Shown here in pieces: positions 1-13,200 of a DNA stretch of 64,000 bases (positions are counted from its first letter, which is position 1; each line of letters starts with the position of its first letter). The translations under genes and the position numbers were made by a program. The notes under the pieces were generated by a model, which saw only the letters and a program-made list of their open reading frames with translations, made no database searches and was not told the DNA's origin. This DNA is from Paramecium tetraurelia (lineage: Eukaryota). The DNA lies in the NCBI GenBank assembly GCA_000165425.1, contig CT867991.1, positions 1 to 64,000 of the forward strand, written 5' to 3'.

Positions 1-46
1 CAAACCCATACCCAATCCCAACCCTATCCCCAAACCCAAACCCTAA
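1..46 (+). repeat. Degenerate telomeric repeat tract (C3-4A2-3), left end of a macronuclear chromosome
   Basis: caaacccatacccaatcccaaccctatccccaaacccaaaccctaa: ~6-nt CCC periodicity including CCCCAA and CCCAAA, the two Paramecium telomere units, at the window start. Confidence 0.75.
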
Positions 47-1312
47 TCAGAGGAAAGGGTGAGATTAAATCAATTTGTTTCTCACCCAATAATAATACAT
101 TAGCTATTAGCAGTGGACAATTTGTAAATTTATGGAATCTCAAAACTGGAAAGTAATTATGTAAATTAATTGGTCATTCAAGAATCTGTTTCTTCAGTGG
201 GGCTATCTCCTGTATAGTACGACATTAGCATCTGGTAGTTGGGATAACTCTATCCGTTTATGGGATGTTAAGACAGGATAATTAAAAAGCCGAATTATAT
301 GGTCATTCGCGTTATGTAATGTCAGTCAATTTCTCTCCTGATGGTACTACATTAGCATCTGGTAGTTGGGATAACTCTATCCGTTTATGGGATGTTAAGA
401 CAGGATAATAAAAAGCCAAATTAGATGGTCATGAAGATTTAGTTTTTTCAGTCAATTTCTCTCCTGATGGTACTACATTAGCATCTGGTAGCAGAGATAT
501 CTCTATCCGTTTATGGGATGTTAAGACAGGATAATAAAAAGCCAAATTAGATGGTCATTCATCAACAGTTTTATCAGTCAATTTCTCTCCTGATGGTACT
601 ACATTAGCATCTGGTAGTGGAGATAACTCTATCCGTTTATGGGATGTTAAGACAGGATAATAAAAAGCCAAATTAGATGGTCATTCGCATTATGTAAGAT
701 CAGTCAATTTCTCTCCTGATGGTACTACATTAGCATCTGGTAGTTGGGATAAGTCTATCCGTTTATGGGATGTTAAGACAGGATAATAAAAAGCCGAATT
801 ATATGGTCATTCGCGTTATGTAATGTCAGTCAATTTCTCTCCTGATGGTACTACATTAGCATCTGGTATTGCAGATAACTCTATCCGTTTATGGGATGTT
901 AAGACAGGATAATAAAAAGCCAAATTAGAGGGTCATTCAGATTCAGTTTGTTCTGTCAATTTCTCTCCTGATAGTACTACATTAGCATCTGGTAGTAATG
1001 ATAACTCTATCTGTTTATGGGATGTAAAGACATCTAAGGAAATGCTCCAATCTGATGAAGGCTACTAAGATCTGCTTGCCAAGTTTAGAATACCACTTCA
1101 GAATAGTTCCTTATTGCCTAATGGTATTTATTATACATTTATATATAGCCAATCCTTATTGTACAATTTTAAGAATATGTTAGAATCCTTTATTTTAAGC
1201 ATCAGGAACTTAAATCTTATAAGGACAATTCATAAGTCATTAAGGAATAGATTTAAAATCTTTGTATAAATCAAAAGGAAGTTGCTTTTTAGAAGATTTA
1301 ATGCAAAAGTGA
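47..1312 (+). CDS. WD40-repeat protein, 5'-truncated (subtelomeric 126-bp WD40 family)
   Basis: From 301 reads [42 protein letters not shown] with TAA=Gln. Intron 1124-1148 (gtattt..atag). C-terminus ..[32 protein letters not shown] 1310-1312. No start codon; the first ~290 nt contain indels. Confidence 0.85.
228..1030 (+). repeat. Tandem 126-bp coding minisatellite (42-aa WD40 units, ~6.5 copies)
   Basis: GCATCTGGT anchor at 228, 355, 481, 607, 733, 859 and 985 (period 126; the first interval is 127 because of one extra T). Confidence 0.97.
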
Positions 1313-2699
1313 ATTTGAAATATTCAATTAAAATATTAATTATAATTTTAATAATTTGTTTTTTTTGTTTCAATCATAACCTTCATATTTTTCAAAAGTA
1401 TACATTTCAAGCAAATAATTGCATCTTTTTATATTCCTTTGAGCTAAGTTTCTAAATTGTCTGATTTACTTTTTACAGGTAAGTTTGATGCAAATCTTTT
1501 CAGAATCAGAATACCAAATTCAATCATCTAATTTTATGAAATTAATTATTTAGAAGTTTTAATAGTAATTAAATGACAATCTTGTAAATTTAAATTTTTT
1601 TCACACCTTATTGACTGAGCCCCACCCACAATAGTACGTACCAGGTTACTCTTCCTCTGGGCCGACCATATTACTAGTGCTGGTTAGGATGGCTGTTTAC
1701 GAAGGGACAGTAAAAACCAAACCCATATTAATTACGAGTGTTTTGCACAAGCCAATGGCTGATTTTAATTATCATAAATATTCGAGTTAAAGTTAGAAGT
1801 TACTCAAACTTGCATTTATATCAGTATGTCAGCAAGGTTGTCATTCGGTTAATGAAACTTCAGCGAAACAAGATTGAGAAATAATGAATGAGCACTACAA
1901 CAAGATTGTAATTATTGAAATAAGCATAACAACTTCAAAAATATGTGCTTTATTTATAAACTTAATTTTTAATTAGAACTGTTTTCAAAGGAATGATACA
2001 CATACTTCATTGAAAACTGACTCTGCATCTAAAACAAGTTAAGAAATTAGATAGGAATTATTTCATGAAATAAACAAAAATTAACTGCAGTTAAGCAATC
2101 GATGATGATGCTAAATTTAAATAGAACCAACCATAGCAATAAATACATTAGTCTGAAAGTGGTTGTTGTAAATTTTTTTGCTACAGGAGAAATCTATGAA
2201 CATAGTCACCAATCCATAAAGTATTTTTCGCAACATTCTAAATACTTCTTAAAATAAAATTTTACTACTTTAGGGTAAAAGGAATGTAAACAGCTGAAAA
2301 GTTTATATGATTACAATATCGAACGATTCGTATTCAATATATCTCCCATAACATATTGGCAGTAATAAATGAAGTTCATCAAGTGTCACGTATCTCTTCA
2401 GGAGAGCTTATACAAATCAGAGTTATAAATGATAAATTAATTGCTAGCGGAAACAAATGTTATCATTAAACCCAGATAAATATCTGAGAGTTGGTAAAAT
2501 GCTGAATTGTAGTAATGACTTTTAAAATATCCATTATATATTTAATGACAGTTAGACATCAACGTGACTCATTTAATCTGAGCAAATTAAGTATCTCTTT
2601 TACATGCTGTGATACAAATTAGGAGGAAGAAACCCATTCATATATAAAATTGGACTAACATTTTTGCTATCAGCTAACTTACTCCGAGCTAGTATCAGA

Positions 2700-3750
2700 T
2701 GCTAATAATGTAATGCAACTGGAATGAATTTAAAATAGCATTTGTTATCTTAGCAATATATTTGAGGCATTTTTACGAATACTAAGGTTGTGTCTCCATC
2801 ATTCTAAATCCCTACATTAGAACAAACATTACAATGGTTGGAGAAAACAGTGGATGGCTAGCTGCAAAATAAAAAGTATACATAGAGTCTAAAAGTTGGG
2901 ATATGTATATCGATTTGAATAAAATTGTTTATAATAAGTAGAGCAATTATATTGCACAAGGGTTTGAACAAATGATAAAAATGAATACCATTTCTGAGCA
3001 ACCAACATAATCATCCAGTAATTCGCTATTAGATTATATTTGTCTGTTATAGGAAATTTAGTGTCGCATATAGCAAAATAAAAGGTTACATCAGGAGAGA
3101 AATGAAGTAAGCAACGAAAAATAGTCTACAAGTTCTAATTGATCTTACAAAGTGAAAAATCCCTTAAGCGTTGGGTACATCTAAAAGTATTTCAAACAAG
3201 TAACTTCAATATATATATATAGTGCAACTTGAATTAGAATCTATGAATGTGATGCAATAACTCGTTAACTCTACACCAAACATCAATATTAGAAATGTGA
3301 GAGCTCTTCTTTTATTCAGTCAATAATAAGCAGCTTTCGAGACCCATAACCTTATTAATTATATTTAAAAGGCATGCAAAATAGTTCAGGAAAAAGGACT
3401 TTAAGATAATTATGGATCAATTTTAATATAAATTTCAATCATAACTTTTTAGTAATTGTTCAAGCACATTGCATGTTTATTTGTTAATCGATAAATGTAT
3501 TCATTAATATTACATGCAGAACATCTAGTTATAAGAAAATTTTGCTTTACTTTTGAAACTTCAGATAATATTTGTTTCATATTTACTATAAGAATTTTTG
3601 TCTGTGTGCATAGAATGGGTGTATGAATCACAATAGTGTCATAATAACTCTTTAAAGAACTGATTTGCATATCATAATATAGAAATGAATAATCTATCAC
3701 TATCTAAAACCTGATTAACAAATTGTTAGTAAAATTTAAACAAGGATTTG
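2700..3750 (-). pseudogene. Decayed remnant of a Cys-rich surface-protein gene (boundaries approximate)
   Basis: Scattered CxxC-type peptides on the minus strand (TRCSACNINEY, CSNPCAI, CNVCSNVG) in different frames with TGA stops; no coherent gene model. Confidence 0.35.
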
Positions 3751-5724
3751 TTTCTATGTGAATTAACAGAACACCTATTTGTGTAGTAAGATGAAGCCTT
3801 TTATAATTATTGCAGCAGTGCTATCAACAATAATTAGCAAAATAACCACATGATTTAAACAGTTCAATGTTTGGAATTGTGCTGAAAAAAAAGCGAAGCA
3901 ATAACCAAGTAGAAAATTACATCATATTTCGTTAACAAGAAATAGATGCTAATAATTTTTAATCAAAACAGTGAATCAAAGTTTACTACACAACATTCAA
4001 AAAACTTTGCATATTTCTCCCATGCATTAGTGTTTGGTTGTGTGTAATTCATGCACCAAATGCAATATGCAAACTTGAATGAAAATAAGCTTCTAAAAAT
4101 TGGAAAAATAAATAATGCGTCAATTTATTTCCGAAGGTCGGATTATTACGATTAATTAATAGCAATAGCACTAAATAGGCCCAACTATCAGCTTCAAGAA
4201 AATTCTATTATTAATAGAATAATAGCTAGTGTTACAAAGTATATATGAATTATAATAATATAAACATTATTCAATTTACATTTGAAATTTAGAACATTTG
4301 ATTAAGCATATTGGTGAATCATAAAAAATTCTAGTTAGCTTAGAAGTTAAACAGATTTTGCATTTCTATTCTATAGCATAAAAATAAATTAGTACGAAGG
4401 CTATGTGGTAGATATACTACACGATGGATCAGATATTGACGATCAGTGTGCTCTAACAAAGTCAGCAGCACATAATGAAAAAGTGGCAGTATTTCTGTAT
4501 GTTTCTTACAAGAATTTTATTTCTTTAGAGAAGCTTACATCTGAAAAGGTTCACATCCAGTTGAATCAGTAAATACTCCCATCTATGTCCTCTTTTATAA
4601 ATTTAGTTTGTAAGTTTGGAATCTTGAGATTTACAACTGACATTAGAAATGAGAGGTTAACCAAAGCACATTAATATTAGACTCTCTCAAAGTAGAAGGA
4701 AAATAGATATAGATTTAATAATAGGTTGTCACGGTAACTTTAAGATTTATGATTATATAACCAGTTATAAATGAAGTACAACAAGAGTCATATGTCTCTC
4801 TAGAACTTCTGATACTAATAAGTGAAAATTGCTAAATCAGGATTAATAAACTCATCTGGATATTAAAGTTTTGGGCTTACAAAAGTCTTGAACGAGTACA
4901 ATTTAATCTCAGCGAGGCAATCTATTGTTAAAGCTTCCTCATATTTGTAATTTTTAACATTCTTAAAATGCATATTTCAAATTTTTGATGGAATAGCCTT
5001 AGTTCAAGTCCATTGTTAATTGCATCTCTGAACTTCAAAGTTCATTTTTTTTTTATGAATGGCCCAATTATACTATTAGGGTCTTATATAGAACTTTAAC
5101 ATGCTAAATTCTAACAAAAATTAATAATATTAATTTACTTTCAATTCATTAATAAATTTCGCGTAAGTCTTTTATCAAGTATAAGTATTTTGGCTAAAAA
5201 TGTTGATTTTTCAGATTACATAAACTAAAGTTCTGGAATTATTAACTTAAGTAATCATAAATTATGATTAATAAAAATGATATTCTCAAGTTTAATTTAT
5301 GTTCATTGAGACTAATTTCATTAATCTTAAGATAGAAAAAAAATTGCGAATTAAAAAGGTTGATTATTTTATATATATAAATTTCATTCTTCTTGTTTCT
5401 CTAAAACTTCTCTTAAAATCTAAAAATATTAAGACGACTGCTCCAAGGAACTTTTATATCGCCAAGGAAATCCAGAATAATGTAACTGAGCAACATTAAA
5501 AATTTAATCCTCTGATTTTCCTTCATGGATACAACACAAAACAAATTCATGGAATCCCTGGGATATTTAGCTTACCAATTGTTTAAATATTTTCTAAACA
5601 CCTTTTAAAACATTGGTTACAAATAAAATGGGCATTGTTTTGATATGCAACAATTTTGTTGCCAAACCTATTCTTTTGCATTCCTAAATTAATACGTCCA
5701 TTGTTAATGGAATAACAAGAATTT

Positions 5725-5960
5725 TTATTCTAAGTTTGTGATTTTTGTTACAATTTTAATTATAACTTTTCTGAATTCTTTATATTTATCACTTCTTAGG
5801 TATAACTCTGATCACTAATTTAAATAAATCAGGTAATTCTGCCTACAACACACCCTTTTATTATTCTTCCATTTCTTCTTCAGAATTTTTGGCCCATATT
5901 AGTTTTCCTTGTATTGGATAATTGGAGCAGATACTTAAAGAACTGAATTAGATTGTTTTC
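5725..5960 (-). pseudogene. 5' fragment pseudogene of the Mrc1-like gene at 61755
   Basis: Reverse complement aattcagttctttaagtatctgctccaatta..gggccaaaaattctgaagaagaaatggaagaataataaaagggtgtgttgtaggc..aaattagtgatcagagt aligns by eye with 61773-61990. It has indels and lacks the matching ATG. Confidence 0.85.
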
Positions 5961-6010
5961 AATTGATAGAAACATCTTTATTTAATTATTTCTCTAAATT
6001 GTATAAATAG

Positions 6011-6500
6011 TCATTTTTTATAGTGTAAGCTAGTTAATTTTCTAATCTACAAATATGGATCCTCTACTTATTTTGAGTAATAAAGCCTTTTTGTAATTGA
6101 TTATGTTTTTGAAAATGATTATAACATAGTAGAACTATCACGGGTATTACATCTTATTTTAGTATCATAACCTCTTAAATTCGAAATGAAATTCTTTTTC
6201 ATTCCTATTGAAACTGAAAATCCTCCCTCATCATAGCTTCAAATAGTTGACCTTATACCTAATATATCCATCTCTTCCACTTCCATTATTTCTATATCTG
6301 TTAATCTTTGAATCTATGCAAGGAGCAGGTGATGCTTGATATCTCCGATTAGGGTATGAACCACTCTCTGGACGGACAGCTTACATTTAATTTGATTTCC
6401 AAAATCCACCATTGAAATTACTCACATAAGTGTCCCTGCCTGTTCCATCAACCAGATAGTTACTCAACTTTGTATTGTTCATAACAGATTTTAAATACAT
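6011..6500 (-). CDS. Small hypothetical protein with two G[TS]GRDxY repeats (~155 aa)
   Basis: MYLKSVMNNTKLSNYLVDGTGRDTYVSNFNGGF..RYRNNGSGRDGYISYDEGGF..; one 22-nt intron (gtataag..tgaag); TGA at 6013-6011. Confidence 0.85.
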
Positions 6501-7272
6501 TAATATTTTATTAACTTTATTTTATATTTATTACTTATAATTGGTTCTTTAAATACTCATTTTTTGGATGTTAAAGAAGTAGTAAGTATTTTGAATAACT
6601 TAACCAAAGATAAATCTACTTTGAATCATTTTGGTAAATAAATAACCTTTTGATTATAATTAAATTATTTGAGTACTTCATTTGTTGAAATAATTCAAGT
6701 AATTTATTTATTATCAATTTAATAAGGTTGAAAATTATTTCAAATGTCCTATATTTTCCTTACGCACTCTCCCAATTCTTAAATAATTTGATTGTTATGC
6801 TTTTGCCTAGCCATCATAAATTAACATAAAGAAAGAACAATCTTAAGAAACCTACAAAAATAAACTATAATTTATGAGGATGTAAAAATTTGTTTTATAA
6901 TGGGTATGTAACAAGTGAACCAATATTCGACAGTTTAGAATACAATGCTCGAAGCCACTTTACAATGAATACTACAGATCAAGCATGATAATTTTCCTCA
7001 TATTTATAATCATTATTTTGAGGGGAGTTAGATTTTTAACTATAAATTGAGAAGGAAAATGCAGTTTTAATTACCATCTAGAAAAACTTGTCATTTGAAG
7101 TGTTTATATAATAATATAATTTTGAAATGCCTATAAAAAGTTTAATGATGGTAAATTCAAAATAAATTATAGATTATTCAAATAAACCTAAGAAAGAAAG
7201 GGCGATAATAATATTTAAATAATACAACCTCTTTAACGATATTTGGATTAATACCTTATAATAATAAATAAC

Positions 7273-10200
7273 TCAATTTTTTGATAAGGTGATTATTTTG
7301 CTACTTTCTTTTGGAGTGGATCTGAATATATCAGGCGAACCTTGTATTTATGAGATTAATTAAAAGAAAGAGTTTTTTTAATCATCTAATTAATCTAATA
7401 AATAAGATTATTAATTTTAAGTATTTTTCGCTGGACTTAATTTTTAAGTTGTTGAATATAAATTTTAGATATGAGATGAGTCAATCCTAGTTCGAATTGG
7501 TAATTCAAATCTATTGGTTCTAATAGGAATTTATAATAATAAATACCTTCTACATTGAATTATAAGCCTTGCCTATGGAATTAAATAATCTTTAATTTTT
7601 GCAAATCTTTCTTTGATTCTAGCCTTTTGCTATTTTTTACTTTTAAATAAATTTTAGTTGAAATTTGATTAAACCAAATTAGGAAATTTTTTTATAATAA
7701 GTTCTATGAGTTTGTCAATTTAATCGTTCAGCCTATTAAAATAAGCAAATAATATTTAAACAAAAATTTTAAAGATAAAAAATGTATTTATCATACCAAT
7801 AATGAAATAACATGGCCAAATTATTTCAACTAAATTTGATTCTTGAGCTAAAAATATTTAACTAGCTAAAATAATAGAGACAGCACAGATAATAATTGCT
7901 TCTCTATCTAATTAATTCATTTTTCCTGTATAATAGGGTTAAAGAGAGTGAGCCAAAAAAATGTAGCCTGACAAACTTAAAAAAACTAATGATGCTTTAA
8001 TAGGTATATGATCTTCATAGTATGCTAATACTACTATTATTAATTCTTTTTACAAAATTTTAACAATTTCCCAAAAATATGCCTTTTATTTGTACTCATT
8101 ATAAAGATATCCCCAAATTTATCTGATATGAGATTTATCTAAACAAGTTTTATTAATTTTGAGTTTGTAAAAAAAATAAACTGGAAAAAATAAAGCAAAT
8201 ATAATTATCAAAGGTAAGCAAAATATAAGAACCCAGAAAAGATGATTTTTTGTATCATATCTATAAGCAACATTTCCTTATATCCAAAGATCATTACAAA
8301 TTCTTCTATAAGAGAGCAAAGAAATTAAACCTCCAACTAAATTTGGTTGCATGTATAAGAAAATATACAAAAGTGGAGTTGAAATAAATGAAAATCTATA
8401 TCTTACAATTTTGATCAATATAGCTAAGCATCCAAAAAAGAAAAAAACTCCTAAAAATGATGCTGCAGTAACTAAACTCCAGATAATTCTAAAATATATT
8501 ATTAAAATATCAGATAGATTAATTAAAAAACAATCAAATGAATAAGCCATAGAATCAACAGGATTGCCAATGTTTTAAACCACTGATGTCAGAGCAGTAG
8601 GAACTTAAAGCTAAAAAGTTGCAATAGTAGATATTATTTAAAAATAGTTTGTAAAAACTTTTATTTAAATTGCTGATGAAACTTTAGTATTCAAATAATT
8701 ATTTTTAAAAGATTTCAGTCTTATCCCTAAGATCAATTCTTCAATGCTTCTGATATTACCCAATACAGATATTAGAATAGAAATAAGAGTCCAAATGCTA
8801 ATTAGACTAATAGTTAACACATTATCAACTATTTGATCGCAATTTCCACATTGATAAGCAGAGCTTACTGAATAGGATCCATCACCTCTTATATTATATA
8901 AATCACATTACTCACATAAGGCCCCAATATGACCTTAAGAACAAGATTAATCTCCAGATTACCATCCACCTCTGCAATTTTTCCCTTCATGATAACACTG
9001 CTCAATTTGATCACTGTAGTAATATGCTCTCCAATATTCTTATTTCAGCTCAATCATAGAGCTTTTAATAGATTCCATCTTTTAATCATCTATATAATTG
9101 CATTTTTAAGCATTGATTTATACAGAATATTATGAAAGCTATGGATCACAATAAGAACAACTACCAGAAGTTGTATTCAAGTATTCTCCTAATTGACATT
9201 TAAATGTTTTTATGTCTACAACCAAGTCATAATCTGTTATGAAACTGTTTATTTAATATGGTGGTTTGGCATCGAATTAAGGAATTTTAATCATATTACA
9301 ATTGATTTTTAATCTTAAAACAACATTTTCATTGATTAAAGGATGAAAATTTATAATTAGATTATCTAAATTAAAATCTTAAGATGTTTAGTTGAATTCT
9401 ACTTTTTATTAGGATAATGTAGCTGGAAATGTTGTTATAATAGTGTTGTTGGTGAGATCTAGAACATCATGTGAGATAGTACAGAAAGAATCTGTTAACT
9501 TTTTCATTTGTTGTTGGTAGATATTCAATGGAATGATACGAAAGGTCAAATTATATGGAATAAATACAGAATTCTCTAAATCAAAGTATTAATAGGATGA
9601 AACAGAAATTCCTGATGGATATGTTAGAAAATTTGCCTTTTATGCATATCCTAAAATTTTATAAGGCTGAATTTCGATTTTTTCTATGACTTTTGTTGAA
9701 TTAGCCAGTATTTACTTCTTTTTTAAGAGAGTTTTCCCAGCATCAGTTGAAATAGTTAATGAGCGGGGACTTTCAAAAACATCCTCACCAAATTTTGTTG
9801 AAGTATTGTTGAATATAATCACATCCAACTACTTTGTCTATTGGATAGATTATTAATTAAGAAATAATCCTCCAACTATCTGAGCTTTATTTTCAATAAT
9901 AAAACTATCAAATATACACAAAGTAGCACTTTTAGAATAATAGTAAATAGCACCTCCAACAATAGCAGAATTGTTTTAAAATCTACAATTCTGAATCATA
10001 ACTTAAGTATCAATTACGAAAAGAGATCCACCAAATATAGCACTATTATTTAAAAATAAACTATCAATAATTTTTACTTGATGATTCTATTATAATGCTA
10101 ACTTTGTATAATCATGCTATTATAATTATCTGCCATTTGAATTAATAGGTAAAACTTCAGGCTTCAAAATACTTTCATTCCAATAACTCATTATTGATAA

Positions 10201-13200
10201 ACAACCTGTATATCCACAAAAACTATTTATAATCTTAATATTTTAAAAAAGAATATTATGTTATTTAATCTAATTAATATTTAGAATACTTATTAATCCA
10301 TTTAAACACCTAGTGCAATTGATAGAATGAAAGTCGAAAAATTACGCTTTTATTTTATGATTCTCATTTATATCTTCAATCTGAATTAAGCTAAAATTAT
10401 TATTTTCTCTATCATAAATCTTCTTCAAATTGCATAGATATTATAATTTATGCTAAGAAGTATCTGATTCATTTAAATTTATCGAAAAAGTCAACTTTTC
10501 TTTAGGTTTGCAAATTAATGATTCAGGAAAGTCATAATTTTATGTAGAGCAAGAATTTTCAGAATAATTTTGATAGTTTTCAAATTCGCTTATGTTTAAT
10601 AAAGTTAAATTCCTAAGTGAGATTTCTCCGCTAAGAGCTAGTTATTAGAAATGCATAATTACAATTTTTCAAGCTAATTTTTATCATAGATGCATCAAAA
10701 AAAGAAGAATTTATTACACGAATATTCTCTAAAACAGCGTTGTTAGCATCCTCAATTTGAATTAGGCTTTATATGTGTATTGAATAGAAGTTGCAATCCA
10801 CAATATTAATGTTCCCATATTTTATCATTATTATAGGATTGTTGCTTCGAAGTGAATCAATCTCCAATTCTGTTGGGAATTCTAACTATTTTAAGTATTC
10901 AATAAATCCTATTTAAGTTGAAGTAAAGTATATTTCAGTTAAATTAATATCTAATTTAAAATTTTCCAAATTTAATATGGTATAGGATAGGAATGTATTT
11001 TATATTGAAAAGCAATTAGAAACCTATAAACTCTTCATTGAAATAAAATTATACTAAGATGATGGTATAATATAAAGCCCTCCCCCTTCTCTTCTACTAT
11101 AACACTTTTCAAATATAGTATTAGCTACTATTAATCTTAATGTTGCTAAGTATGCATCAATATATATGCAACCGCCTACTGAATAGGAAGAACTTGATAA
11201 GGATGCTTAAGAATTTGAAAATTATGAATCTTCTATATTTATAGTGCTTGTACCATACGTAATAAAACTAAATCCTCCACCTTAATAAGATTTGGAGTTT
11301 TAGACTATTACTTTATTAATATTAATGTTAGATGCAATTAAAATTCCATTCCCACTTTTTGAATTAATAGGAAAAGCAACTTTTATAGCTTATTCTTTTA
11401 CTTAATTGAATATTAACAGATTTTTACTCAATTAAGAAAAAGTTATAATATTACTATTATAAAAAGATGAGTTCGTTATCATAATAGAGACAGCTTTAAT
11501 TTACATAATCGAATCAGTAGAGTTAGTAACAAGATTATAAATAAAGACTGAATTGGCTATTTAAATTTCTCCTTATTATAAGTAAATAAACAATGTTGAT
11601 GCTGATAATTTAGATGTATCTTAGAAATAAGAATTTAAGTGGTTCTTTTAAAAGGAAACATTGTAAAAAAGTAAAGAGGAATTTTATTCTGATTTAATAG
11701 ATATAAGCGATGTTGCTCCGTTTGCTCTTTTAATTATCAGCATATTTGAATCAAAGATTGAATCCTTAATAATTACATATTAATTTTATGTTTTTTCCAT
11801 CAAATCAAATCCTCTAAATATAATAAATGGATAATCATAGGTTATACTGGAATTCAGGTGTAAATTGTGAATTGTTATATTTTCAAAAAATCCAAAATAC
11901 AAGTAATAAGACAATTAATATTTTGCATAATTATTTGCACAATCTAAAGAAGGATGCAAAGTTTTGAAATAATACTAATCCATTTAAATCAAATAGAATG
12001 TATTAATTTACAAAACTTTAGAATTCATAACTGACATTTCAGGTAATCCATATCCTCTCAAAATCTCAAAATCATTAAAAGTGCAGTACTAGCATTCGAT
12101 ATAAATGCTTGATTGATTATAAAATAATTGAATCGGCATGATGTCATTTGTATATGTGCAATTCTTTAAGTAAAAGAACTCTATTTTTGCATTTAACATG
12201 AATTTTTCTCTTAACCTAATAATTTAGAAAAATGATTATGCTCGGTTATATTATACGTTTTCTCTTTTACACTAAATAACAAATACATTCTCTTATTCAG
12301 ATTTGGATAAATCAGAGATTTAATTTTGGATATTATTACTAAATAATGTACTATCTATTAATTAGAGATCTAATATTTTAATATTTTAGATCTAAATGAT
12401 ATTAGACTAATAGAAGTAAGATTATTAGATAAATTAACTATCAATAATATTTATATTCTAGGTTTAAAAGATAGTTGCTCCAATTATTTAGAAGATAGAT
12501 GATTAATTAGCAACACTAACAAAATTAAGGTAAATATTATCGACAAAAATACTACCACATTCTTCATTTGATTCTCCAATTGTCTTAAATAGAAAAGAAT
12601 TATAAAATTGAGATTTATAAACAGAAACTTCATTTATTATTAAAGAGCTGTTGGTGTTATTTAATTTTGGGTACAAATAAAATAAACTGGAATTTTGAAA
12701 ATTAACATATGTAATTAAAATTCTATTTAAGTAAATTTAACAGTTTTTGGTAACTTAATCAAAAATTGTTGAATTAATTATATTTAGATTTCTAATTTCC
12801 AGATTAGTTAAATTAAGATTTTACATATATGGATTGGTTGCAAATTATTTGATAGAATTTATGACACAATTTCTCAATACAACTTAATTCGCATTAATGA
12901 AATCAAACATAATTGATGTATCAAATTAAATAATTTCAAATGTAATTGATGTAAATCCGATTATATTAAGTGATGTCATTTGCAGTGTGGTTTAATTAGT
13001 GCTTCCAATAATTTTTAGACTAATTGCAACAATTTACTTATAAACATCAAATATTCTAGATTATAAGGTTTAATAATCTTTAATTAAGCATTTCGGCTCA
13101 CTGCCTTAAATCAAAGTAAACTCAAATTCAACTTCCCTTATTTAGCTATCATCTAAATATCGAATGATATCTATTGAAAATAACTCCAAATATTGGAGAG

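Noticed and set aside
228..1030. 126-bp repeats with variable patches as a CRISPR array
   Set aside because: Units are in-frame WD40 coding repeats in a eukaryote; there are no unique spacers and no cas genes.
1615..1720. GC-richer patch as 5S rRNA, tRNA or another ncRNA
   Set aside because: Only a vague ccccacc..tagtac resemblance to antisense 5S; no cloverleaf, A/B boxes or consistent helices.
6740..7250. Possible kinase-like gene (QIKHDNFPHIYNHYF)
   Set aside because: TGA stops in the frames examined and no other kinase motifs; at most a relic.
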